Origin: an uncultured virus (IMG/VR IMGVR_UViG_3300027743_000024)
Taxonomy: Duplodnaviria; Heunggongvirae; Uroviricota; Caudoviricetes
Virus record (IMG/VR): IMGVR_UViG_3300027743_000024
Direction: 5' to 3' (one strand)
DNA length: 64,000 bases
Shown piece by piece: positions 28,785-38,657 of this stretch. Within the stretch, counting starts at the first letter, position 1. Each line of letters begins with the position of its first letter. Both the position numbers and the translations under genes were made by a program. Under the pieces are notes generated by a model. The model searched no databases. It saw only the letters and a program-made list of their open reading frames with translations, and had not been told where the DNA came from.

Positions 28785-29821
28785 TATTCCTCAATTAATA
28801 AACGTGCATTATCTACTCTAACTGAATCTAAAGCACTACCTGCTTTACCCGTAATTACAATGTATTGACCGCTTAAATCAACATCTAAATTTGTTCTTGC
28901 TACTGATGATAATATTTCGGTAGCAGCAGATGCTGTAGCAGGAAATACTGAATTTGAAGTAACTGAATTTTTGTTTGTTATATCTCTATTGAATGGAGCA
29001 AATTGCGATGCTGCAATAAAATTGCTTAATGCAATCTGAACTGGTGAACCACTTAAATCAGGTGTAGTATTATAGTACATTTTAAAAACTGCATTTACTG
29101 CTGTTCCTACTTTTCCACAATGAGACATTATTTTTAACGTAGTATTTGCTCCTAATGTAGGAATTAATAATGTCTTTAATACTGTCTCTACTGTTGTCGA
29201 CGTTGTAGATGCATCGGTGTTACTTTGTACTGATACCTTTCTTATTCTTGTATCGGTTAGTAATGGTTGAATACTTTGTGTAACTCCTTTTACATAACTT
29301 AGTTCAGTTAATGATGGATATGTTGCAACTGGCAATGATGCAATAGATGTAGCAGAATTTCCATAAACTAATTCATTTGTAGTTAGTCCAGAAATGCCTC
29401 CTCCTCCAGCATTAAAATCTTCAAGATCAAGTATATTATCAATATTTAAATTAGAATAATATATTGCTTTGATTTTTAATACATAAATTATAGCAACAGG
29501 GAAAGCACTTGGAGTGCCAGTAAGAGTATAATTCCCCAACGCATCAAAACTGGAGACATCCACTGGAGTGCCACCACTTGTTTGTGGAAGAATGCCCGTA
29601 GGTTGACCATTGACAATTGTGCTGACATATGCGTCAATTCCTGAAAAGAATTGGTCAAGGAGGATTGTTGATTGCGCTGGCTTTGTAATTGTTCCCGTTG
29701 CTGCGCTAACTGACTCAAAATATGTGATTTTATATTCATTGTTTTCAAGGGTTGAGACTCTGAATGTTAATCCAGCATCAGAAGTTGACCAAACTCTTTT
29801 ATAATTAATTTTACTTGACAT
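28784..29821 (-). CDS. Tail fibre-like protein (mosaic)
   Basis: 345 aa; TELSYVKGVTQSIQ fibre-type repeat motif; elevated CpG content. Confidence 0.55.
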   Translation of the reverse strand: MSSKINYKRVWSTSDAGLTFRVSTLENNEYKITYFESVSAATGTITKPAQSTILLDQFFSGIDAYVSTIVNGQPTGILPQTSGGTPVDVSSFDALGNYTLTGTPSAFPVAIIYVLKIKAIYYSNLNIDNILDLEDFNAGGGGISGLTTNELVYGNSATSIASLPVATYPSLTELSYVKGVTQSIQPLLTDTRIRKVSVQSNTDASTTSTTVETVLKTLLIPTLGANTTLKIMSHCGKVGTAVNAVFKMYYNTTPDLSGSPVQIALSNFIAASQFAPFNRDITNKNSVTSNSVFPATASAATEILSSVARTNLDVDLSGQYIVITGKAGSALDSVRVDNARLLIEE

Positions 29822-29858
29822 TATATTTTAATATGAATTAAGATGCTATATGTCAGCT

Positions 29859-30206
29859 TTATTTGTAATACTGTATATTTAACTTGTGTGTTCCTGCAGC
29901 CTCTTGTATAACTTGAAATCCAGCTAAATTCTGAGCATCTGTAATATCAAACACAGCTCCATCAGAAAATGGCATCCCAAGTCCAATTGCAACTGCTGTT
30001 TGTTTTGTTTCTAAGTATCTACCACATATTGTTGTTATGTTAGATTCAACTGTAATTAAAGCATACTTAGCTCCATCTGGAATTGTCAGATTTTGAACTG
30101 CATTGCTAAGAGTTAATTGTTGATAAGAGAAAGCTTTAAAACTATTTAAATTTGCTTGCAGTACCCTAGCAACGTAGACTTTGGTTTGATCCCCTGTAAT
30201 TGGCAT
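29859..30206 (-). CDS. Hypothetical structural protein
   Basis: 115-aa beta-rich ORF in tail operon. Confidence 0.5.
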   Translation of the reverse strand: MPITGDQTKVYVARVLQANLNSFKAFSYQQLTLSNAVQNLTIPDGAKYALITVESNITTICGRYLETKQTAVAIGLGMPFSDGAVFDITDAQNLAGFQVIQEAAGTHKLNIQYYK

Positions 30207-30220
30207 TTTATATTATTTTA

Positions 30221-30838
30221 TTAAGTGTGTAAATCTGTATATGTAAAATCATATGGTTGAAAGCATATGTTTATTAATTTAGAAATCTTGTCTAGCATTA
30301 ATGCAAGTTGTTCTTCTGTAATGCAATTTTTATATTCTGTTGTTGATGCACAAACTCCACCTATAACTTCTACTGGATAAGTTGTTGAATCTTTTATATT
30401 TTCATACAATATATTAATTGTAGAATCAGTACATGGTCCAGAAAAATTTAATGTAAATTGACTGTTTCCATTATTCGAACTAGCAATAATTTCTGATTGA
30501 CTATCATTAAATAAACTTACAATATCATCAATTTCCCCTGAATTAATTATTGGCATAGGTGGAGTTATTAATACACCACCTATTGAAATTGAAATTGTTC
30601 CTGTATTATAACTAAGAGTTATGGATCCAGTACTAAGTTGCTCTTCTATAATTAATGCAACTTTATAACATTCAAGCAATTCTAAATAAGCATTTAACAA
30701 AACTAAATTTCTCTGATTCTCTACAATACATTTTCTTCCGTATTTTAGGTTATCAGCAAATTCATTTGTTAATTGACCAAACTTACATCCAGTCAATTGC
30801 ATTCTTACATCTAAATCTTGTTGAGATATGTAATCCAT
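30221..30838 (-). CDS. Tail hub-like protein
   Basis: 205 aa; LKYGRKC motif, Cys-containing C-terminus; synteny. Confidence 0.45.
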   Translation of the reverse strand: MDYISQQDLDVRMQLTGCKFGQLTNEFADNLKYGRKCIVENQRNLVLLNAYLELLECYKVALIIEEQLSTGSITLSYNTGTISISIGGVLITPPMPIINSGEIDDIVSLFNDSQSEIIASSNNGNSQFTLNFSGPCTDSTINILYENIKDSTTYPVEVIGGVCASTTEYKNCITEEQLALMLDKISKLINICFQPYDFTYTDLHT

Positions 30839-31842
30839 TATAATTTAGTTACTTCTAGTGAAATTAAAACTTTTCCTCCAGCTGTTGTTTTAGCAGTTAA
30901 TATAGTTAATATATCTCCAGCAACAAATGTATTGCTAGCTGTAACTGCACTTGTGTATGCTGTACCAAATGCATCAGAAGCTGCAAAACTAATTGGAGTT
31001 GTTACTGTCATTGTAGTTCCTGCATTGTCTTTTAAAACAACTGTTCCAGCATCTGTTGCAGCAATTGCTTTAGTTGCAATAGCATAAACATTTACAATAG
31101 AGCCAGGATATGGCATTTTAAATTTAATAGCTCCCAGCTCTCCAGTTTCAAATGATGCTGGTATAGTTAACACTTCTGCCTTTAATTCTGCAGAAACTTT
31201 TGCAACTGTTACATTATCATTAAGTATTTTAACTGTTGTAATTGCATTGTTTGCAATTGTTAGTGCTCCAGTTCCACTTAATGATGCATCTCCAGATATA
31301 GGCAAACTAACTACATCTGTTCCATTACCCATTACAACTTGTCCAGCTGTTACAGCATTAACTCCTTGTAAAACACCATTAGTACCACCTCTAATAATAT
31401 ATCCTCTTGCAGCTAATGGTGCAATTTTAGTAATTGTAATATTACCAAATAGTTTAGAATCAGTTACAGATAAATTAACTAAATCTGCTCCATCAAGATC
31501 AGGAGTTAAACCTAGGTCAGTTGATGAAATATGAACATCATAAGATGAGCCATTAAAAACTGCTGTAATATATTGTTCATATAAACATTGGTCAGCACTT
31601 AATGCTGCTCCAAAGAATGTACATGTGTTTGCACCTAATGTAAACCCACCACCAAATCTAATGTTATATGTTGTTTGAATTGTTGGAGTCCCTGAACCTG
31701 AAACTGAAATATTGCCAGCAAGAACAATTGCTCCACCACTAGCAACAAAGTTGTACACATCAATAGTGTCATCAACAGCTAATGATGTAGTTAAACCAGC
31801 AGCTAATATTGTATATGTATTGTATGTTTTATTTACAGCCAT
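30838..31842 (-). CDS. Fibre-like structural protein
   Basis: 334 aa; ISGDASLSGTGALTIANNAITTVKI fibre repeats. Confidence 0.55.
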   Translation of the reverse strand: MAVNKTYNTYTILAAGLTTSLAVDDTIDVYNFVASGGAIVLAGNISVSGSGTPTIQTTYNIRFGGGFTLGANTCTFFGAALSADQCLYEQYITAVFNGSSYDVHISSTDLGLTPDLDGADLVNLSVTDSKLFGNITITKIAPLAARGYIIRGGTNGVLQGVNAVTAGQVVMGNGTDVVSLPISGDASLSGTGALTIANNAITTVKILNDNVTVAKVSAELKAEVLTIPASFETGELGAIKFKMPYPGSIVNVYAIATKAIAATDAGTVVLKDNAGTTMTVTTPISFAASDAFGTAYTSAVTASNTFVAGDILTILTAKTTAGGKVLISLEVTKL

Positions 31843-31846
31843 TTTC

Positions 31847-32824
31847 TTATTTATTAAAATATCTTATTAGTAATTGGTTTTGTGCAATTGTTTCAGATGC
31901 AACACTTGGCCATGATATGTTTTCTGCAAAACATGCAAATGATAATGTTGCTAATAAGTTAACCCCAGCTAAATTTTCATCAAAACTATATCCAACATTG
32001 CTTCCACTTATAATGTAATAGGAATCAGTTCTTAGCATTTCAATAGTTATGTATAATGTTGTTAATGAAGTTCTTGTTAATTTAATTTTAACTTTAGCAT
32101 GTTTAGCTCCTTTAGATACCTCTAAAACTCCAGACGTAATCTTTGTAATAAAATTAGATCCACCAATTTTAAATGATAGTTGCTTTTCATCAACAACCCC
32201 ACTAAATTCAAATACTGCATCCACCTCAACTACATCTCCATCATTTTTTAATTGATTTGCTGGAATAGAATATGACATTAATGGGTCAACTCCAGCTCCA
32301 ATTGTAGACACTGGAATAGTTTTATTATATAATACAAGTGAAGTGCCAGCTCCTGATGGACTAAATGTTAATACAATTGAATCTGATGCTGAAAAAATGT
32401 TTGATGTTGTTGCATTACTTGCTGTAATGTATGTAACTGTTAATGTTGCATATGTACCACTGTCTGCAACTCCAGTTATTTTACCCATCCAAAATGCAGT
32501 TGAGTCTGTTTGTTTAAAAATTCTTACATAACCATATTGGCTATTGTTTAATAGTGATGCTAAAAAAGCAGTGTAATTAACTGATGATGGTCCAGTCTCA
32601 GCAACAGTAATTGTTGTAACATTTGCTGATACATCTGCTCCATTAAATCTTAAAAAAGTATCTGCTGGAGCTCCTCCATCAGTTAAATCAAATAACCAAT
32701 CTCCTGAGAATCCACCATATAATCCTTGCTCACCAGTTTTACCAGTTGCTCCTGTATTACCAATTGGTAAAGCTGTTGAATTTGAGGTACAGCTACATCC
32801 TCCTATACATCCACCTGCGCACAT
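31847..32824 (-). CDS. Fibre-like structural protein with short collagen-like segment
   Basis: 325 aa; Cys-rich N-terminus followed by GNTGATGKTGEQG (G-X-Y) run. Confidence 0.55.
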   Translation of the reverse strand: MCAGGCIGGCSCTSNSTALPIGNTGATGKTGEQGLYGGFSGDWLFDLTDGGAPADTFLRFNGADVSANVTTITVAETGPSSVNYTAFLASLLNNSQYGYVRIFKQTDSTAFWMGKITGVADSGTYATLTVTYITASNATTSNIFSASDSIVLTFSPSGAGTSLVLYNKTIPVSTIGAGVDPLMSYSIPANQLKNDGDVVEVDAVFEFSGVVDEKQLSFKIGGSNFITKITSGVLEVSKGAKHAKVKIKLTRTSLTTLYITIEMLRTDSYYIISGSNVGYSFDENLAGVNLLATLSFACFAENISWPSVASETIAQNQLLIRYFNK

Positions 32825-32825
32825 G

Positions 32826-33407
32826 TTATTTACAATTTTTACAGTTAGTATTAGAACACAATTTGTTTACTTGTGTTAGTATGTTGTTGAAATATGTTGA
32901 GTTTCCGCAATTTGCAGAATATATTAATCCTTTTAATAATGCATAAGCTTTAAGAGCTTTATTCATTTTGTCTTCATTGCATCCATTACAATCTAAATCT
33001 AGATTTGCAAACATAGACATAACACAGCATTGAGCCTGACAATAAAATGCCTGACTAATAACTTGATGGTATTCTTCACCATCAGCAATAACTGTATATG
33101 TAAATTTGATTATTTGATCTGCTATTGCAGAACCAGATGCTCCACCAATTACATCAGATGTAATTAAGTATTCAAATGTGGTGTCATCTGTTGGGAAGTT
33201 ACCTGTTGCAAACAGGTCTATAGAGTAAGTGTTTCCACTTGATAATTCAATTGTAAGTATTGCAGATGTTGCTCCAGCTAATTCTGGATTAGGATCTCCC
33301 CATCCAGTTTCATTTGTAGTTTCTGCATAAGCTCCTGTAGTTTCTACAAAAGTTAATTCTGCACAATCACTTGATTGACAGATTTCAAAATTTAATATTA
33401 ATCCCAT
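32826..33407 (-). CDS. Tail hub-like protein
   Basis: 193 aa; ETTGAY...NETGWG motif, Cys-rich C-terminus; synteny. Confidence 0.5.
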   Translation of the reverse strand: MGLILNFEICQSSDCAELTFVETTGAYAETTNETGWGDPNPELAGATSAILTIELSSGNTYSIDLFATGNFPTDDTTFEYLITSDVIGGASGSAIADQIIKFTYTVIADGEEYHQVISQAFYCQAQCCVMSMFANLDLDCNGCNEDKMNKALKAYALLKGLIYSANCGNSTYFNNILTQVNKLCSNTNCKNCK

Positions 33408-33445
33408 TATGTGTCTGTCTATTATAAATTAAAAGAGTTGCGTAC

Positions 33446-33529
33446 CCTCTCTAGGAAAGAAAAAGGAAGGAAATTAAAACCTAGAGAGGAGCAACAAGAT
33501 AATACATGGAGTCCTTCCAAACTCCATGT
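33446..33529 (-). terminator. Two tandem hairpins downstream of the 448-aa gene
   Basis: ACATGGAGT/ACTCCATGT (33504-33529) and CCTCTCTAGG/CCTAGAGAGG (33446-33489). Confidence 0.5.
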
Positions 33530-33543
33530 TATTTTAATTAATA

Positions 33544-34890
33544 TTAAGACGCTAGTGTTACAGTTGCTGGAGCTAAAGGAATTGAAGTCATCCAAGCATT
33601 TAGGATGTCTAACAAATCAAGGCACTCAGCAGAAGTGTCTGCAGAATCTAATGTTCTGTCAAATGGATCAGCAGCAGCAGCATCAATAGATGGAGTTGCA
33701 ATCATGATAGATTTGTTAGCAAACATTCCCATGTTAGCACCAGCACCAGTTGTTACATCACTTATAGTGATTGTAATTACATTGTACAAGTATTTAACTT
33801 TAATGTTAGCAGCTGCTCCATAAGATGCAGTTGCAGGAGTTGTAATTACAAACTTAGTTGCAGACAATATGTATTTAATTTCATATTGAACTCCATCAAT
33901 GTCAATAATTTCTCCTGGACGTAATCCAGTTGTTGCAGTTGCAACAGTAACAACATCTTCATTAATTACAGTTGTAACATTTCCAGTTGGAGATGTTGCA
34001 GCAGCAGCAACGTTACCAGATGTAACAAATGTTGCAGAAGACAAATATGCCAATGTTGGGATAGGCCATTTAGTTCTGTTAAGAACACCTTCAAATTGGT
34101 AGTTGTAATTTTCTTTTGTAAAGATTTGGTTGTAAGTTCCAACACCAGGATCCATTGTTTGAACAAGAGAAGAAGTAGTTGTAGTTCCAAATCCACTTGC
34201 ATCATCAACTTGTGCAGAAAAATACACATATAATGGAGCGTAAGTTGTATTTTGGAATTGATTTACATCAAGACCCCACATTTCAACACCATAAGCAGAA
34301 GCTCCAGTTAAACCATAAACACCAGTTCCATTACCAATTGTAACAGCTTTAATAACCTTAATTCCAGCTGGTTGAGAACCATAAGCAGAATTGTTGATTA
34401 AGCTTGTAATTTGAGTTGCAATGTTTAATTGTGTTGCAGCTGCAGCAGATGTGAAAGAAATTCTAAGCATTTCTGGACGCTCAGAGAAAAATTGTTTGTC
34501 CCATTTAAATCTAACTGATAGATTATAAAGAGTGTCATTGTTTACTTCAATAGATCCAGCTGCAGCAGTAGTAACACCATCAACTACTGATCCACGTTGG
34601 TAACCAACTGTTGCAACACAACGTCTTGCTGGAGCATAATGCTCAGCATTGTAGCTTGTTACAGAAGTTCCTTTAACTGGGAAAGAGCGTTTTAGATCTC
34701 CATTAGCTAATTTGTTAACTAAATAGATTGTAGGTTGTGTTGTGATTGTGTCTCCACCTGCTGGGTTAAGAGCTGTCATGTCAGCACCAACAATAGCAGT
34801 TTGCTTAGTAATAGCTGCAATATTAGTATTGTTAGCATCTAAAGCTGCTCCATTACCAATAAAGATTTCATTTACATTAATAGTATTCAT
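33544..34890 (-). CDS. Auxiliary capsid/structural protein (448 aa)
   Basis: Ala/Thr-rich; CGT-biased Arg codons as in the capsid gene, suggesting high expression; synteny. Confidence 0.6.
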   Translation of the reverse strand: MNTINVNEIFIGNGAALDANNTNIAAITKQTAIVGADMTALNPAGGDTITTQPTIYLVNKLANGDLKRSFPVKGTSVTSYNAEHYAPARRCVATVGYQRGSVVDGVTTAAAGSIEVNNDTLYNLSVRFKWDKQFFSERPEMLRISFTSAAAATQLNIATQITSLINNSAYGSQPAGIKVIKAVTIGNGTGVYGLTGASAYGVEMWGLDVNQFQNTTYAPLYVYFSAQVDDASGFGTTTTSSLVQTMDPGVGTYNQIFTKENYNYQFEGVLNRTKWPIPTLAYLSSATFVTSGNVAAAATSPTGNVTTVINEDVVTVATATTGLRPGEIIDIDGVQYEIKYILSATKFVITTPATASYGAAANIKVKYLYNVITITISDVTTGAGANMGMFANKSIMIATPSIDAAAADPFDRTLDSADTSAECLDLLDILNAWMTSIPLAPATVTLAS

Positions 34891-34943
34891 TATTTTTTAA
34901 TTTTAAATTTTAATTGTATTTGTTGTATTTGTTTTGTTTAATT

Positions 34944-35498
34944 TTAAGCTAATCTAAATAATTTTGCTGCTGTTGCAGATGTAAAATACAATCTGAATGT
35001 TCCAACAGAGTTTGCTGTAGAAACTGTCAAAGTTGCTCCACCTGTAATTGCTGGTGTAACTACTGCAATTGTTGCTCCTGAATCTACTGCTAATGTAACA
35101 GTGCTTGCCCCAGCTGAATTGTCAATTGCAAAATCATACCAAGAACCTGCTGCTGCACCTAATGCTGTTGCAAGAACTGTTGCTGATGGCAATGTAACTG
35201 CAACTGCTGCTGCAGAAGTTGATGTCATCAAACCTGCAACTACACCTGCTTGAACAGTTGTTAATGTTGCTAGTGCAGTTGTATTAACTGCTACACCAGT
35301 GTGTTTAGCTAGTACACCAGCTGCTGTTGTAACTTGACCTGATGCTGAAAGAGTTGTAGTTGTTGTAGCTCCTAATGTTGCAGTTGTTGCAAGACCATTA
35401 ATAGCATCAATCATCTCTTTAATCTTATCATATTGTGTCTTTGGAAAAGCTTTTACACTTGCACCCAAAGATGGATTAATTGGATATTTAATACTCAT
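34944..35498 (-). CDS. Head fibre/decoration-like protein
   Basis: 184 aa, very Ala/Thr-rich; VTLPSA motif. Confidence 0.5.
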   Translation of the reverse strand: MSIKYPINPSLGASVKAFPKTQYDKIKEMIDAINGLATTATLGATTTTTLSASGQVTTAAGVLAKHTGVAVNTTALATLTTVQAGVVAGLMTSTSAAAVAVTLPSATVLATALGAAAGSWYDFAIDNSAGASTVTLAVDSGATIAVVTPAITGGATLTVSTANSVGTFRLYFTSATAAKLFRLA

Positions 35499-35514
35499 TT
35501 TGAATTAATTTTAA

Positions 35515-36201
35515 TTATTCGTTTGTTTTATCTATTGTATTGTATGTTTGTTGTCTTCTTGCTTCTATATCTTCTAAAGCTAATAACACTGCTCCATCAA
35601 CTAATTCATCATGTAAATGATCTGATAATTCACAATCAACTATTGGAACTATTGAACTAATTGATACAGGTCTTCTGATATATCTTAATCTGTAATTAAT
35701 TATTGAAGAATTTGTATCATGAATTAATTCTACTCTTCCTTCTTCCATAAGTCTTAAGATTCTATTCTTGCTAGCCTTAAGAAATGCATTACCTATAACC
35801 TTATTTATATCATTATGCTGAATTCCATACACACTAACTGTTTCCTGAACCTGAGCATTGTTACAATCTGGATAAGATATAAGTGCTCTTTCTTGTAAAA
35901 TAAACCAATGATCTTGAGGTAGATTTACAAACTGTGCTGTAACATCTATATTATCAATAGCATTAGGTAATGGAGCAAGTATAGCATTTGATACAATTGC
36001 TTTTAAGTCTTCAGTTCTCTTTTGAGTTTCTTCAAAAGATTCTCTTTTGATATTGTTAGACCCATATCTTTGTTTGACTAATCTCTCTTGAGCTTGATTT
36101 AATAACAAGTCAATTTCTGTATTGTCAAAGTTTGGATAATTTAAACTGTCTGCTTTATCTAACCTAAACTTAAATGCAACTACCATTTCTGGTGCAGTCA
36201 T
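35515..36201 (-). CDS. Tail ring/adaptor protein
   Basis: EIDLLLNQAQ, FEETQKRTEDL, YIRRP, CELSDHLHDELVD motifs of crAss-like ring proteins. Confidence 0.75.
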   Translation of the reverse strand: MTAPEMVVAFKFRLDKADSLNYPNFDNTEIDLLLNQAQERLVKQRYGSNNIKRESFEETQKRTEDLKAIVSNAILAPLPNAIDNIDVTAQFVNLPQDHWFILQERALISYPDCNNAQVQETVSVYGIQHNDINKVIGNAFLKASKNRILRLMEEGRVELIHDTNSSIINYRLRYIRRPVSISSIVPIVDCELSDHLHDELVDGAVLLALEDIEARRQQTYNTIDKTNE

Positions 36202-36204
36202 CTA

Positions 36205-37011
36205 TTAATCTTCTTTAGTAGGTTTCTTTACATCTTGTTTAGCAGCAATTTTAATTGATTGCTTTTTAGGATCTTTAAAGAATTCTAATACACCATCAAT
36301 AGATGATCCAAGAGATTCTCCCTCATAAACATAGTAGTTTGATTTCTTTGTAAGCTTTCCTTGCTCAAGTAATTCTTCAATCATAACTCTGGTTGACAAA
36401 TCTTTATCTGATGCAATTTCAATGAACTTCTTTGGATCATTTTTAAGTTTCTTATACAATTCAGCTTTAATAATTGTCTCAGACAAGTTATCAATTCCAC
36501 GCATAGGAACTCTTTCAAATCCATTTAATATTTTAAGCAAGCCTTTCTTTTCTGCTGTAGTTGTTGCTGAGAATTTCTCCATTGCAGTTAATTCAACATC
36601 AGCTTGTAGTTCTAATTCTTTTGCTTGTGATTCTAAATCTTCAACAAAGAATTCAACATTAGGGTTTGCTTTAATTTCTAAAGAACTCTTAGCAACATTA
36701 CTTCTTTCACAAAGTGCTTTAAATTTAACAACATCCATAATTGATGATGTTGGAAATTTAGTAGGCTTGTCATTGTTTAGTCTTAGTTCTAATTGTCCCC
36801 AAAATTCTGCATTAGTTTTACTGAAATGTCCTTTAGGCAATCCTAGTTCTTCTGCATATTCAACTTCCTCTTTGTGAGTTAGTCCTGTTTTATATAATCC
36901 ATCATGATCTAATTGAGCTCCAGTATAAACTGTTCTTGTTTTAGGTAAGGAAGAAACTCCTGAGAATTTAGCCTTAACATGTGGTTTGATGATGTACGTT
37001 TTTTGTTCCAT
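36205..37011 (-). CDS. Conserved protein downstream of major capsid gene
   Basis: 268 aa; own promoter; typical position in crAss-like capsid module. Confidence 0.55.
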   Translation of the reverse strand: MEQKTYIIKPHVKAKFSGVSSLPKTRTVYTGAQLDHDGLYKTGLTHKEEVEYAEELGLPKGHFSKTNAEFWGQLELRLNNDKPTKFPTSSIMDVVKFKALCERSNVAKSSLEIKANPNVEFFVEDLESQAKELELQADVELTAMEKFSATTTAEKKGLLKILNGFERVPMRGIDNLSETIIKAELYKKLKNDPKKFIEIASDKDLSTRVMIEELLEQGKLTKKSNYYVYEGESLGSSIDGVLEFFKDPKKQSIKIAAKQDVKKPTKED

Positions 37012-37061
37012 TTTAATTTTCCTTTTTTAATGTTTCCTTTTGATTTTTTTGTTGTATTCTT

Positions 37062-37094
37062 AATATACAGATTAAATCACTAATTAGCAACTTA
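37062..37094 (-). promoter_or_regulatory. Putative late promoter
   Basis: TAAG TTGCTA N17 TATATT. Confidence 0.7.
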
Positions 37095-37117
37095 ATTAAC
37101 TGTTAATTTAATAATAA

Positions 37118-37148
37118 GTGTAGAGAGGATGTTTTAAGTCCTCTCCAC
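37118..37148 (-). terminator. Hairpin after major capsid gene
   Basis: GAGAGGAT/GTCCTCTC stem with T-rich tail on minus strand. Confidence 0.5.
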
Positions 37149-37166
37149 ATTATCATTAGTATTTTA

Positions 37167-38621
37167 TTAAGACATAGAATCTACGTCTAAAATAAATTGA
37201 GCAGCATTACTAGGGTCACGTAACAATACACCTTGTTCTGTCATGATATGGAATTCATATCCATCAACAGCTGTAGCAGATGTTCCGTTTTTCTTAGGAC
37301 CATAAGGGCCATACATACCTTCAACATAAGTACTTACAGTCTCACGACCTTTAGTATATACTTTTTGGATAGATGGTTCACCTTTAGAGTACGACTTAAA
37401 ATTCAAGAATGTTGCTTTATAAGACTCAGCTGGTAAACCAGTGTGAGGGTGCAACAAACGATTTCTCATTGTAGAATTGTATGGTTTGTATTCTTGTAAC
37501 ACAAATGAATCTCCATTCAAACCTGTGTATTTAGTGAACTGACCACCTAATTGCAAGTCTTGACCTGAACCAGAGATAAATTTACTATCCACTAATGTGA
37601 ATCTTGAAGCAGAAGCTTTCATTGCTTGGTCAAACAAATCCATGAATCCACGGCCACATAGAGCAACATACTCACGAGGACCATCTTCAGTACCATTGTA
37701 TGACAAGTCATTCATGAACTTACGGATAGTGTCTTCAGTTAAAGTTGTGTAGTAACGTTTGTTACCAGCAGCAATTTGTTGTTCTAATCCAGCACCAGTA
37801 TAGATAGTGTTTCCAGAAGCACCTTTCATATCAGTTGTACCATTAGTCTTAACATTAGACTTACCATACATCAACATGATTTCTACTTCATCCATCCACT
37901 GACACCAAAATTCCCACTCATTATACTTAACCCAAGTAGATGCTTGTTCAGAACCATCTGGATTAGTTAATTTAATGTTTAGAACTTTGTCATGAGCAGC
38001 ACCTGTAATGCTATAAGACTTACGCAATGTAGTCATATAATTCTCCAACATAAGTGGAGTTGCATAGTGTGTTTCTCCTGATGTACGGGAATGGTCATTT
38101 TCAACAATGTTGAAATCTTTAGACAATTCTTTTCCAACTGCTAATAAAGCTGCAGGAATGTAATCAGCTTGATTGTTTGTAACCATTTGACATGTCATAA
38201 TGAAGTCAACTCCATCATACTCAACTGCAGAAACTACTCTGAAAGAATAACGTGCATCATCTGGAATTAAAACGTCACCTTCTGTAAACCATTTTTCACC
38301 AGTTCCAATTTGGAATGTTGAAGATGCAATACCAGGATAAGTTGTTGCTCCATTAAATACAGCTTTAGTAATAGGCACTGCCTTACGGCTATCTCCCATT
38401 ACACCCCAACGGTAAATAATGTCATTTAGTTCTTTAGCTTTACCAACGCCACCTGTCAACAAAGACAAAGCATTTTTAAAACCATTTTGTTTGTTATAAA
38501 TACGTGTTACAACTTGACTTGCCATTTCAGGCTCAGTTAAGAAGAAAGTACGTAAGTGTGTTGCTTGGGTTAAACCAGCATGCCAGTTACCTTGGCTTAT
38601 TTGTAATCCACTTATTTGCAT
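37167..38621 (-). CDS. Major capsid protein
   Basis: 484 aa; GAGLEQQI and DGYEFHIMTEQGV motifs; strong codon bias; downstream of portal and acidic scaffold. Confidence 0.9.
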   Translation of the reverse strand: MQISGLQISQGNWHAGLTQATHLRTFFLTEPEMASQVVTRIYNKQNGFKNALSLLTGGVGKAKELNDIIYRWGVMGDSRKAVPITKAVFNGATTYPGIASSTFQIGTGEKWFTEGDVLIPDDARYSFRVVSAVEYDGVDFIMTCQMVTNNQADYIPAALLAVGKELSKDFNIVENDHSRTSGETHYATPLMLENYMTTLRKSYSITGAAHDKVLNIKLTNPDGSEQASTWVKYNEWEFWCQWMDEVEIMLMYGKSNVKTNGTTDMKGASGNTIYTGAGLEQQIAAGNKRYYTTLTEDTIRKFMNDLSYNGTEDGPREYVALCGRGFMDLFDQAMKASASRFTLVDSKFISGSGQDLQLGGQFTKYTGLNGDSFVLQEYKPYNSTMRNRLLHPHTGLPAESYKATFLNFKSYSKGEPSIQKVYTKGRETVSTYVEGMYGPYGPKKNGTSATAVDGYEFHIMTEQGVLLRDPSNAAQFILDVDSMS

Positions 38622-38657
38622 TTTTGTTTATATTTGATTGTTTAATTAAATTTTTAT

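Noticed and set aside
26510..32824. Diversity-generating retroelement or invertible tail-fibre locus
   Set aside because: No reverse transcriptase, recombinase or template/variable repeat pair seen in the window.
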